This document shows, piece by piece, positions 17,091 to 25,587 of a DNA stretch of 32,000 bases. Position 1 is the first letter of the stretch. Each line of letters opens with the position of its first letter. Source of the stretch: Candidatus Iainarchaeum sp. (GTDB lineage Archaea > Iainarchaeota > Iainarchaeia > Iainarchaeales > JACQJH01); assembly GCA_016205145.1 (NCBI GenBank), contig JACQJH010000002.1, forward strand, positions 210,001-242,000. The letters run 5' to 3'. The notes under the pieces are model-generated. The model was not told the DNA's origin, made no database searches, and was given only the letters and a program-made list of their open reading frames with translations. The translations under genes and the position numbers were made by a program.

Positions 17091-18104
17091 CTAACTTTCA
17101 AACAGCGACTCGATTTTTTCAAGCGCCATCTTCCTGTCCGAGCCGGCGGAAAAAACAACGCATTTTCTGAACAGGCAGAGCCTGAGCGCAAGAAAGAAGC
17201 GGGAAACGTAAACTTTGAGCATGGAAATGCCTTGCCGCAGGCCCGGAAAATAAAAGTATGCGGGTTCCTGCACGAGCTCCGAGCCGAAAACGCTTTTCCT
17301 GAAAAGCCACCAGAAAACCGAAAGCTTTCCCGCGGGCTTCACAAAGGATTCCTGCGAAAGGTTGCGGCGCAGCAGGACGATTTTGGAGACTTTTGCCGGG
17401 CCTGAAACCTTTGCCTTGAATGCCAGCGCCGAAACAAGGATTTTCTGCGAGCCGTTCGGCAGGCTAATTCCGCGCAAAAACCGTTGTGGGAAATTGCCCG
17501 CAAAAGAATTCCTGCGAATTCCGATCCGTGTGAGGAACGGAAAGGCTTCAAGCCCCGGGCCGACAAAAACTATTTCGTCAGACAGAAGTTTCATGGACGG
17601 GCTTTCAAGGCAGTCCAGTGCAAGCGTGGTCTTGCCCATTCCTGCCTCGCCCAAAAAAAGGATTGCGTTTCCGTCCCGTGAAATGCCCGCACAGTGGATG
17701 CGGTGCATTCCCTTTTGGTCAAGCTCCCTGCCGAGGATTGCAAGAAGCGCAGTGTAAAACCTGGCGTAAGCCGTTTCCTGGCTTGCGGAAAAAAACGAGA
17801 TTTCCTTTTTCCGGAAATCCCAGAAGGCGGATGCCTCGCCGAAAAAATCAATTGCCCTCATGCCGGGCGAATCGAAAACGCAGTATTCGGCGTTCGAAAA
17901 AACCGCTTCCGCCCCGGGAACGGTTTTTGCGCCCGGCGTTTCCCCGGATATTTTGAATGACAGGAAAACATTGTCGCGCGGTTTTGCAACAAACAGGCTG
18001 AAATCGTGCTTCAGCCAGGAAGCGAATTGTTCCGGGCATTCAACGGAAAAGGCGGTGCCGAAAAAATCCAGGAAAACGGTTTCTTGCGCAGACGCAGACT
18101 TCAA
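17091..18104 (-). CDS. HPr kinase/phosphorylase C-terminal-like P-loop protein
   Basis: HCAGISRDGNAILFLGEAGMGKTTLALDCLESPSMKLLSDEIVFV matches the HprK_C pattern (H..V...G.G.L..G.SG.GKS..AL.L......DD.V). The start is uncertain: TTG 18104 is 17 nt after the upstream GT stop, TTG 18140 is an alternative, and the ORF-track start 18263 overlaps the GT by 143 nt. Confidence 0.6.
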   Translation of the reverse strand: MKSASAQETVFLDFFGTAFSVECPEQFASWLKHDFSLFVAKPRDNVFLSFKISGETPGAKTVPGAEAVFSNAEYCVFDSPGMRAIDFFGEASAFWDFRKKEISFFSASQETAYARFYTALLAILGRELDQKGMHRIHCAGISRDGNAILFLGEAGMGKTTLALDCLESPSMKLLSDEIVFVGPGLEAFPFLTRIGIRRNSFAGNFPQRFLRGISLPNGSQKILVSALAFKAKVSGPAKVSKIVLLRRNLSQESFVKPAGKLSVFWWLFRKSVFGSELVQEPAYFYFPGLRQGISMLKVYVSRFFLALRLCLFRKCVVFSAGSDRKMALEKIESLFES

Positions 18105-18120
18105 TCCAACCGCCTTAAAG

Positions 18121-19251
18121 CTATTCTTGCAGACCTGCAAAAAAATCTTCGTATTGGCCGAGAATGTTCCGGGGGGAAAAGGCACGGCTTTTTTCCGCCG
18201 ATTTTTGGCCAAGCGCTTTCCTTTCGCGCTCGTGCGAGAGCAGGAAAACGATTTTTCCGGCAAGGTCTATTGCATCCTTTTTGCACACCAGTTCCTTTTC
18301 GCCGACAAGCTCCTTTGCCGCGTTCAACGGCGAATCAAGCGTCAGTGCGGGAACCCCGAAATGCATTGCTTCCAGGCATGACATGCCGAAGCCTTCGCGT
18401 TCCGACGGCAAAACGAAAACCTTTGCGTTCGCGACTATTGAGAAGAGCAATTGCTCCGGCAGGTTTTCGAAGAAGGCGATGTTTTTTTGCATGCCCAGCA
18501 TTTCGGCTGTTGCCTGGACGTTTTCCTTTTCCGGCCCGGAACCGATCATTGCAAGGCTTATGCCGGGCGCTTTCCTTGACGCGATTGCAATTGCTTCAAT
18601 CAGCAGGCCCGGATTCTTGTGCGCTATGAGCCGGCCTGCGAAAACCACGTCAAAACTTGTCGCGGGGCGGGGAAAGCTTTCGGGCACGCAGACAGCCGGG
18701 GAAATTATCCTGATTTTTTCCGGCCTCAAGCCGAGCAGGGAGACAAGCCTGCGTTTTGTGTGCGCGGAATTCGCTAAGTTGTAAGGCGAAAGCCTTGTGC
18801 AGAATTTTTCCAGGGATTTGCCTAAAAAGCCGGCCGCGCCGAGGTATTCATTCCAATAATCCTGCCATGCCTCGACCCAGTAAACCACAAGGGTTTTGCG
18901 TTTCAATGCGCACGCAAGCTTGCAGGAAAGCAATGGCAGGAAAGGAAAAGACTGGCATTCCAAAACATCAAAGTCGTGCCTGAGCAAAGCGAAAAAGAGG
19001 CGGAAGGAAAATGCCATTGACGGCAGGATTTTCCGCCTGCCGTTTTCAGAGTAAAGGTTTTGCGGAGCGTCGGAAACGCCGTGCAAAAAAACCTTTCCCT
19101 GCATCCGTTCCGCGTTTCCATGCCAGGACTTCATTCCGAAAACGTGGACTTCATGCTTTTCCGACAATGCCTGTGCAATGCAATGCAAACGCTTTTCGTT
19201 CCCGCCCACGGAGAAAGGGTAAACCAAATCGTAAACGAAGGCTATTTTCAC
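18121..19251 (-). CDS. GT4-family glycosyltransferase
   Basis: VKIAFVYDLVYPFSVGGNEKR N-terminus and the E-x7-E region EREGFGMSCLEAMHFGVPAL. A GTG start at 19251 (or 19260) lies just after the stop of the upstream gene. Confidence 0.85.
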   Translation of the reverse strand: MKIAFVYDLVYPFSVGGNEKRLHCIAQALSEKHEVHVFGMKSWHGNAERMQGKVFLHGVSDAPQNLYSENGRRKILPSMAFSFRLFFALLRHDFDVLECQSFPFLPLLSCKLACALKRKTLVVYWVEAWQDYWNEYLGAAGFLGKSLEKFCTRLSPYNLANSAHTKRRLVSLLGLRPEKIRIISPAVCVPESFPRPATSFDVVFAGRLIAHKNPGLLIEAIAIASRKAPGISLAMIGSGPEKENVQATAEMLGMQKNIAFFENLPEQLLFSIVANAKVFVLPSEREGFGMSCLEAMHFGVPALTLDSPLNAAKELVGEKELVCKKDAIDLAGKIVFLLSHERERKALGQKSAEKSRAFSPRNILGQYEDFFAGLQE

Positions 19252-19270
19252 GTCGGACACATCAATTGCT

Positions 19271-19906
19271 TCAATTTTTCTTTTGCAGGTACGGCAGGAT
19301 TGCGCCGTTTTTTTCGGCTTCAATTATGAGTTTGCGGGCGAAAAGCATTCTCTGCAGGAGACCTATGAACGAAATGATTGCAATAAGCCAAAGCGCGATT
19401 TCCATCGCGGCAAAACCTAGGAACGCAATGCCGAAAGCCGAGGCAAGCAGGCCCGCCAGCAGGAGCAGCAGCCTTTCCGCGTGCTCGCCGACTGCGGGCC
19501 AGTCGCGGTTATCCGTGATTATGACCAGGGCAACTCTCGGTTTGGCATAGCTTGCCAGGAGCGAAAGCGAAACCGCGCAAAACGCGGCGAGCGGAAATGA
19601 CAGGGCGAACGGCGCGATGAGAATTATTTCCACGCCTTTGTCAACCATTGTCTCGAAATAGTTGCCGAAATTGGAGCGCTTTTTCAGCAGGGTTGCGACG
19701 CTGCCGTCAATCAGGTCGGTTGAAACCGCGAGCAAGGCGAAAAGAAATGCAAGAAAAAGGGACTGCTGCAAGGCAAAATAAGCCGAAACCACGGCAAGCG
19801 GAATGCCAAGAAAAGAGACAATGTTCGGATGAATGCCGAGCAAGGCGAAAGGCTTTGCCAGCAGGAGGGTAAGGCGGGAAACTTTCGGGCGCAGCTTGCC
19901 GAGCAT
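19271..19906 (-). CDS. CDP-alcohol phosphatidyltransferase family protein
   Basis: Polytopic membrane protein with DLIDGSVATLLKKRSNFGNYFETMVD, which matches D-x2-DG-x2-AR...G-x3-D-x3-D with substitutions. A TATA-like CATTAAAATA lies about 25 nt upstream. Confidence 0.8.
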   Translation of the reverse strand: MLGKLRPKVSRLTLLLAKPFALLGIHPNIVSFLGIPLAVVSAYFALQQSLFLAFLFALLAVSTDLIDGSVATLLKKRSNFGNYFETMVDKGVEIILIAPFALSFPLAAFCAVSLSLLASYAKPRVALVIITDNRDWPAVGEHAERLLLLLAGLLASAFGIAFLGFAAMEIALWLIAIISFIGLLQRMLFARKLIIEAEKNGAILPYLQKKN

Positions 19907-19975
19907 GAAAGAATGAAGGTCGAAAGCATATTTTAATGTTAATTGCCGGCTTCTTTGCGCGCGCCCTTGCCGACA

Positions 19976-20022
19976 GGCTCTTTCAGGAAACCCCTTTTCG
20001 CAAACTGCGTTTTCACGTGCGG
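19976..20022. repeat. 47-bp direct repeat, copy 1 (intergenic)
   Basis: GGCTCTTTCAGGAAACCCCTTTTCGCAAACTGCGTTTTCACGTGCGG is identical to 20108-20154 except for one base (G/A at repeat position 12). Confidence 0.9.
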
Positions 20023-20091
20023 AGCCGAACGCCCGGCTGGTGCGAGTTGAGGGTTCTCGCTGCGCTCAAACCCTCTGTCTGCCAAACCAGT

Positions 20092-20769
20092 TCAATTCTT
20101 TTTCACGGGCTCTTTCAGAAAACCCCTTTTCGCAAACTGCGTTTTCACGTGCGGCCCCCAGCCCGTGATTTTGCCGTGCAAGGTCGCTTTCCCTTTGCGG
20201 ACAAGCTTTTTGAACTCTTCCACGGAATCCGTGTCGGCTTGGGCGTAGGCCCTGCCGAACTCTTCCGGAAAGTGGGCGTCGCTGCCGGCCGTCATGGCAA
20301 GGCCATGCTTTTTTGCGAATGCCTGCGCCATTTCATTGAAGGATTGCGAGTGGACGCGCGAATTAAAGCCCTCTATGGCATCGATTTTCCGCGTTATTTG
20401 CTCCAAATAAGCTGTTTTGAAGGGTTTGCGCAACCCGTCGAACGGGTGGGAAACCGAAATGAGCGCATCCTGGCTTTTCAGCTCGTCCAAAACCCCGAAA
20501 AGCTGGTTGGATTTGACGGGTTCGAGCATGAACGAAGCGAGGATTTCGCCAAGAAAGGTTTTGCCCTCGAAAACCATTATTTCCTCGCCGGGCACGGCGG
20601 CAACGCCAAGCTTTTTGGCGTGCTCCGCAATGCTTTTCCACGCATCACAGCAGTCGTGGTCGGAAATTGCGAAGGCAATGCCCTTTTCCTTTGCCAATTC
20701 GACAAGCCGCTTTTCGTGCGTGCCGGCGTCAGGCGAATAGCGTGAATGCACGTGGAAGTCAAGCTTCAT
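20092..20769 (-). CDS. PHP-domain metal-dependent phosphoesterase
   Basis: MKLDFHVHSRYSPDA..., ISDHD, SHP and GSDAH motifs. The start is trimmed to ATG 20769. Confidence 0.85.
   Translation of the reverse strand: MKLDFHVHSRYSPDAGTHEKRLVELAKEKGIAFAISDHDCCDAWKSIAEHAKKLGVAAVPGEEIMVFEGKTFLGEILASFMLEPVKSNQLFGVLDELKSQDALISVSHPFDGLRKPFKTAYLEQITRKIDAIEGFNSRVHSQSFNEMAQAFAKKHGLAMTAGSDAHFPEEFGRAYAQADTDSVEEFKKLVRKGKATLHGKITGWGPHVKTQFAKRGFLKEPVKKN
20108..20154. repeat. 47-bp direct repeat, copy 2 (inside the 3' end of the PHP gene)
   Basis: It encodes PHVKTQFAKRGFLKEP of the PHP protein on the minus strand. The two copies are separated by 85 bp. Confidence 0.9.
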
Positions 20770-20820
20770 GCGAAAACCAAGTATAAAAGAAACAGAAAAA
20801 AAATATAAATGAAGCCGCAA

Positions 20821-20840
20821 GGGGTTTCCACAGGGGTTTC
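20821..20840. repeat. tandem GGGGTTTC x2 (12-nt period) just downstream of the surface-protein operon
   Basis: Read directly: GGGGTTTCcacaGGGGTTTC. Function unknown. An A8/T8 tract follows at about 20790-20797. Confidence 0.4.
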
Positions 20841-20849
20841 TGCAAAGCC

Positions 20850-23075
20850 TTATTTCCTGGCCTTTTTCGCCGGCTTCTTTTTAGGTTCTTTCTGCGTGGC
20901 TTCAGGTTCGGAAACCGGTTCTTCCGCCTTGGGCTTTGAAACCGGGGTCATGAAATAAATTCCGACTACACCCAAAACAACAAGCACAAGCAGGCCTATG
21001 AGAATCGCGGATTCGCCTGAAAACAGGCCTGACAGGCTGGACACGCCGCTCTTGTTCTCGTCTTCAGAGGAAAATCGTTCCCTGGCCGAACCCGGCACGG
21101 AATAATTCCTTGTGAAATTGCCGTCGCTTGTAACTATCCGCACTGGAATGTTGACGTCCGCCGCATCCGTTCCGGATGGAAGGGAAACGCGCATGTTCGA
21201 AGTGAAAACCGAGTCAGGCCCCACTATTGCAGGGGCATTGGCGTCAAAGTCGAAGTTTGCGTCAAAGCCGACTGCGCTGAGGCCGAAAACCGTTATGGCA
21301 TCATTGGAGTCGTTCTGGAAGCTGACTTCGACGACTATTTCGCTGAGCCTTAAGCCCACATCGGCGCCGTTTTCCTCACGTTCATCCGCGCCTGACCCAA
21401 GCACATAAAGGCCGCCGGAAACATTGAAATCAGCCGACTTCCTGGCGGTAAAGCCGCTGTCGGAAGAAACAACGATCGCAGTGGAATAATTGCCGGGCCT
21501 TGTCTCGAAAGGCGGTGCCACGTAAACGAAAACGCTCTGCGATTTGAGCGGCAAAATTTCAAATGAGTCGGGAATGAAATAAACCCAGTCCGGCCCCCTC
21601 ACAGAAACATTGACGCTCTGCGCCTTGGAGCCGAGATTCTTCACGATAACAGGATAGACGTTCTTTTCCTTTGCCTCGACCGAAGCCTTGTCCGGAACCC
21701 TTGAAAAGTCCACGTCCAGCTCAAGGCAGTTTTCAACGCTTACTCCAAGCCGTTCCTGAACGACAACACCGTCAGCTTCCGCCTTGAAGACAACGATTTT
21801 ATTGCCTTTAACTTCCTGGCCCAAATCAAGGGAAACCGCAACTTCTTTCTGCGAATTGCTTGAAAGCGCAAATGTTTCCGGGTTGACTGTTGCTGCAATG
21901 CCTGAAACGCTTGCCTTGACATTCAGGTTTTGCGAGCCGTTGTTTGAAACCCTGAACCTCAATTCGCCGGGATTTCCGAGGCAGAAGCTTGACTGCGGTG
22001 AAACAGCCTCCGCTTTCAGGGAAAGGCAGTTTTCAAGCGCAATCGGCAAAGTGAAAATCTGGCTTGACGCGAACCTGGATGAAACAGCCTCGACTTTAAG
22101 GTCATAGCTGCCTTCGGCCTCGCCTGACGGGCTGAATTTGAGGGAAACGCTTTTGCTTTCGCCCGGAGCCAGGGAAAAAGGCGCATTGTCAACGCTCACC
22201 CAGCCAGGAGAAAGAACCCTGACCTTCACTTCGTCGGTCTTGGAGGAAACATTCCTTACAACAATCGTTTTCCCGGATTCCTTGTCATTGCATGCCGCAA
22301 TCTTTCCGCCGGAAAGCGCCTGGCTGAAATCGATTGCGGTGGGCTGCGAGCCGACAATGTTGTAAAAGCCGAAAACGCTGGCCTGGATCGAGGATTCCCT
22401 GATCCTCGTGCTGACCATGAACTGCTTTTCGCCAATGCTTTCAGTGCAGGGCGCCTGGACCGAAAACTGCAGGGTCTTTGTTTCGCCCTGCTTCAACAGG
22501 AACGAGCTGGAGCTCAGGGAAAACCAGGACAAAGGCTGGCCTTCAACCAAAAATTCAATGAACTCGTCTTTTCCGGAATTGTTCGAAACTTCCGCAGAGT
22601 ATTCCTTTCTTTCGCATTTTTCGGCATCCTGCCGGCCGGGTGAAAGGTTCAGGGAAATTCCGGCTTCCTCGAGAACCCGCACAGTGACGGTCTTTGAAAC
22701 AGACTCCGTGCCCTTCACGGAAAGGGTTATGGCGTAGGCTCCTGCCTTGGTCTTGCAGCTTTGGGGGTGGACAAACGAGTACAATGTTTTTCCCTGCCCC
22801 GCGGCAAGCCTGACTTGCAACGGATTCGAGCCGATCCATTGGCCGTTGGAATTGACCCAGTTGGCATAAGGCCCTTCAGCATAAACCGCAAAAGTCTGCG
22901 CCGAAGAAGAATCATTTATCAGGTCCCATTCAACCGCTGCCGGCCTTGAACAGCTGGCTTCAAGGGAAAAGTTGCCGGTCAATTGCACTGCCTGTGCCTG
23001 CGAAAAAAGATTTAAGACAAAAAAGGAAAAAAAGAGAAAAGAAAAAGCTTTTTTCGGATAAGACAAAAAAATCAC
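20850..23075 (-). CDS. surface protein A: signal peptide, at least 5 CARDB/NEW3-like beta-sandwich repeats, C-terminal TM anchor and Lys-rich tail
   Basis: N-terminus IFLSYPKKAFSFLFFSFFVLNLFSQAQA. Repeated units include VVRNVSSKTDEVKVRVLSPGWVSVDNAPFSLAPGESKSVSLKFSP. C-terminus SGLFSGESAILIGLLVLVVLGVVGIYF...KKKPAKKARK. The GTG start overlaps the stop of the upstream gene (GTGA). Confidence 0.8.
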   Translation of the reverse strand: MIFLSYPKKAFSFLFFSFFVLNLFSQAQAVQLTGNFSLEASCSRPAAVEWDLINDSSSAQTFAVYAEGPYANWVNSNGQWIGSNPLQVRLAAGQGKTLYSFVHPQSCKTKAGAYAITLSVKGTESVSKTVTVRVLEEAGISLNLSPGRQDAEKCERKEYSAEVSNNSGKDEFIEFLVEGQPLSWFSLSSSSFLLKQGETKTLQFSVQAPCTESIGEKQFMVSTRIRESSIQASVFGFYNIVGSQPTAIDFSQALSGGKIAACNDKESGKTIVVRNVSSKTDEVKVRVLSPGWVSVDNAPFSLAPGESKSVSLKFSPSGEAEGSYDLKVEAVSSRFASSQIFTLPIALENCLSLKAEAVSPQSSFCLGNPGELRFRVSNNGSQNLNVKASVSGIAATVNPETFALSSNSQKEVAVSLDLGQEVKGNKIVVFKAEADGVVVQERLGVSVENCLELDVDFSRVPDKASVEAKEKNVYPVIVKNLGSKAQSVNVSVRGPDWVYFIPDSFEILPLKSQSVFVYVAPPFETRPGNYSTAIVVSSDSGFTARKSADFNVSGGLYVLGSGADEREENGADVGLRLSEIVVEVSFQNDSNDAITVFGLSAVGFDANFDFDANAPAIVGPDSVFTSNMRVSLPSGTDAADVNIPVRIVTSDGNFTRNYSVPGSARERFSSEDENKSGVSSLSGLFSGESAILIGLLVLVVLGVVGIYFMTPVSKPKAEEPVSEPEATQKEPKKKPAKKARK

Positions 23076-25498
23076 CTTTTGACCCAGACCTGCATTTCAT
23101 CCCTGCCGGGCGACAAGGCGCCCGCCAGAAGAACAATCAATACTATCAGGGCAAGCAAAACTATTAAACCAATTACTGCATCCCTGCCCAAAGTGAAAAA
23201 GCCCGAAAAGGGGCCGTTTTGGCCGCCATTTCCGCCATTTTGGGCCGAAACAGCTTGTTCAACGTACAAAGTGAACGGTTTCGAGAAATTGAATTCCCTG
23301 TTCTTGACAAGCAATGTCCCATTGTAAGTGCCGGGCTTCACGTCCGATGAAACGCGCAAAACCGCTTCAACGTTTTTCGACTGGCCGGGCAGAACATCCA
23401 CGGTGCCTGCAACCAGGGTTACGCCGTCAGGAAAGCCGATGAGCCTTGTTGAAACGCCTTCAACGGTTTCCTGGCGCGAGTTCCTGAAAGAAAACACCAA
23501 CTTCTGCTCTTCGCCCTGCTTCAGCCTTGCCTGGCCGGGATAAGACGAAAGGGAAAAGCCTTCAGCGGACTCCGCGGATTCCACTACGACAAATGAAATG
23601 CTTGAAACAAACTCGTCCGCGCCAGTGACGCGCAAAGTGAGGCTTCTCCTGCCGAGTTCAGCGTCTGCAAGCGCAGAAACGCTGATGAACACGTCCCTTG
23701 ACTCGTGCGCCCTCACGGTGAAACTCTGCGACAAAGTGTCAACTGAAATATCCCTGTACGGGTTTGAAATGCGCAGGTTGTAGCGCTCGTCGAAATCGCC
23801 GTCATTGGAAACGCGCAAGGTAAACACCCCATTCGTTTCACGCGCAATCCCGATGTCGTTTCCGAGCAGTTCGAACGCAGAATCGTGCACGCCCCTGACA
23901 TTGACGCAGGTCGTGCGCTTCTGCTTGTAGTCGCCGGACCAGGCGAACAATGCTATGTCATGCGCCCCCGTCTTGTCTGATTTCCTTGCGACAACATTCA
24001 GGTCGAAAACCCTTGTCTCCTTGGCCGGCAAAAACACGGGTTCGGAAAGCCCGACCACAAGGCCGGATTCCGTTGCAAGGTCCACTGTCTGACTGGAATC
24101 TGACAGGCTTTCAAGCGAAAAACGGATTATCGCAGATTTGCCTTTCTGGACGGAAAAGCAGCCGGGCGACAATGAAAGATTGAATTTGGGGTTGGAGGCG
24201 ACTGCGCAGTCAACCGCCCTGAAATAAACGCGTTTCTTGACCCTCAAAGAGCCGGAGTCAGCGAAAACATCGACAAAGTATTCGCCCTCGCTGATTGCGG
24301 AAGGCAAAGCCGCTTCGACTGTGACAAACCTTTCCTCGTTCGGGCCGAGCAAAAGCGATTTCGGCGAAACAACCGGCACGAAAAGCGAGCTGTCAGCGCT
24401 CAAATCGATTGACGCGAAAGAGCCAGACGTGTTCCGCACCAAAACGCTCAATTCGGCATTGTCGCCGAGGCAGACGTTCCTGTTGAAAGTGACAAGCTCA
24501 ATCGAATTGCCCGTGCTTTCAACTTTCAATGAAAGGATTGCCCTGGACTCTCCGAAGTTGTGCCTGCCTACAACCTCGAAATCGTAAGTGCCTTGGGCGG
24601 CGTCAAGCGAAGTCGCAGTGACAGTGACTGTCGTCTGCTCGCCTGCATTGAGGCAGAAGCTTTCATTTGAAGCCGAAAACCTGAAAACCGGGCTGTAAGG
24701 CGAGACTGAAATCGTGATGCACGCCTGCGTGTCGGAATTGTTCTTGACAACATAGCCGAGGCCGAGCGAATCCCTTGAGCCGATTGAAGCCTGCCTGAAA
24801 GAAGGCTCGATTGAAACCCTCTGCTGGGAAAAGTTGAAGGAATCCGGAACGAAAACGCTTTTTTCGCCGGATGCAACGGAAACATTGCCTGCTCTGTCGA
24901 CTGCCGCAACTTTGTAATAATATGTCGAGTTCCTGTCAACCGTGAAATCAGTGAAGGCGGTTGAGAAAACATTCGTTTTTGAAACGCGCGCAGCGCCAGT
25001 GTCAGAAATCGTGCTTGTGTCTTTGTACAAAATATAATGGTCAATTCCTGCCGTTTCGTCAAAGGCGGCGCTCCAGTAAAGCGAAACCTTTCCGTTGTCC
25101 GCATAAGCGGAAAAACCGTTCACTGCATTCGGCTGGACAAGGTCGATTGTGAAAGCCCAGCTCGAATTGTCGGAATTGCCGGCTGTGTCGGCGGAATAAA
25201 CGGTTACATTGACAACCTGCTTGTCAGCGAAAGCAACCGTCGGAGTAAAAATGATGGTCCCCGCATTCCATGAAACATGCGAATCGCCGATTGCGTAATC
25301 GGTTCCCTCGACATTGATTCTGGTCTGGCCAGTGTTAATGTTCGAATCAGAGGTTATCCTGACCGAAACCTGCTGAAGCGCGTTGTTTGAATAGGCGTCA
25401 GCGACAGGCTGCCTGTCAAGGAAGTATGGCGCGGCAAACGCGGCGGAGCAGAACAAAAGCACGAAAACTATTCCGAGAATCCAGGCAAACCGTTTCAT
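23072..25498 (-). CDS. surface protein B: signal peptide, Ig-like and FN3-like modules, about 5 CARDB/NEW3-like repeats, C-terminal TM anchor
   Basis: Signal peptide MKRFAWILGIVFVLLFCSAAFA. FN3-like unit ...LYWSAAFDETAGIDHYILYK...STYYYKVAAVDRAGNVS. C-terminus GGNGGQNGPFSGFFTLGRDAVIGLIVLLALIVLIVLLAG...VKR. The start is trimmed from 25555 to ATG 25498. Confidence 0.8.
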   Translation of the reverse strand: MKRFAWILGIVFVLLFCSAAFAAPYFLDRQPVADAYSNNALQQVSVRITSDSNINTGQTRINVEGTDYAIGDSHVSWNAGTIIFTPTVAFADKQVVNVTVYSADTAGNSDNSSWAFTIDLVQPNAVNGFSAYADNGKVSLYWSAAFDETAGIDHYILYKDTSTISDTGAARVSKTNVFSTAFTDFTVDRNSTYYYKVAAVDRAGNVSVASGEKSVFVPDSFNFSQQRVSIEPSFRQASIGSRDSLGLGYVVKNNSDTQACITISVSPYSPVFRFSASNESFCLNAGEQTTVTVTATSLDAAQGTYDFEVVGRHNFGESRAILSLKVESTGNSIELVTFNRNVCLGDNAELSVLVRNTSGSFASIDLSADSSLFVPVVSPKSLLLGPNEERFVTVEAALPSAISEGEYFVDVFADSGSLRVKKRVYFRAVDCAVASNPKFNLSLSPGCFSVQKGKSAIIRFSLESLSDSSQTVDLATESGLVVGLSEPVFLPAKETRVFDLNVVARKSDKTGAHDIALFAWSGDYKQKRTTCVNVRGVHDSAFELLGNDIGIARETNGVFTLRVSNDGDFDERYNLRISNPYRDISVDTLSQSFTVRAHESRDVFISVSALADAELGRRSLTLRVTGADEFVSSISFVVVESAESAEGFSLSSYPGQARLKQGEEQKLVFSFRNSRQETVEGVSTRLIGFPDGVTLVAGTVDVLPGQSKNVEAVLRVSSDVKPGTYNGTLLVKNREFNFSKPFTLYVEQAVSAQNGGNGGQNGPFSGFFTLGRDAVIGLIVLLALIVLIVLLAGALSPGRDEMQVWVKR

Positions 25499-25508
25499 AA
25501 TTTCACCT

Positions 25509-25545
25509 TGTCCAAAAACCAAATTTTCATCCTGTCCAAAAACCA
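25509..25545. repeat. two copies of TGTCCAAAAACCA with a 24-nt period, between surface genes C and B
   Basis: Copies at 25509-25521 and 25533-25545, within the 89-nt gap directly upstream of ATG 25498. This may be a regulatory or internal-promoter element. Confidence 0.5.
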
Positions 25546-25587
25546 TTTTTTTCATCCGCTAAACCATTTATCCGTTTCCACGCCGTT

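Noticed and set aside
20056-20067. A shared 12-mer TCGCTGCGCTCA between the 85-bp insert at the PHP locus and the structured element at 26343-26354.
   Set aside because: Dozens of shared 12-mers are expected by chance in a 32-kb window when both strands are considered. The flanking sequence shows no similarity.
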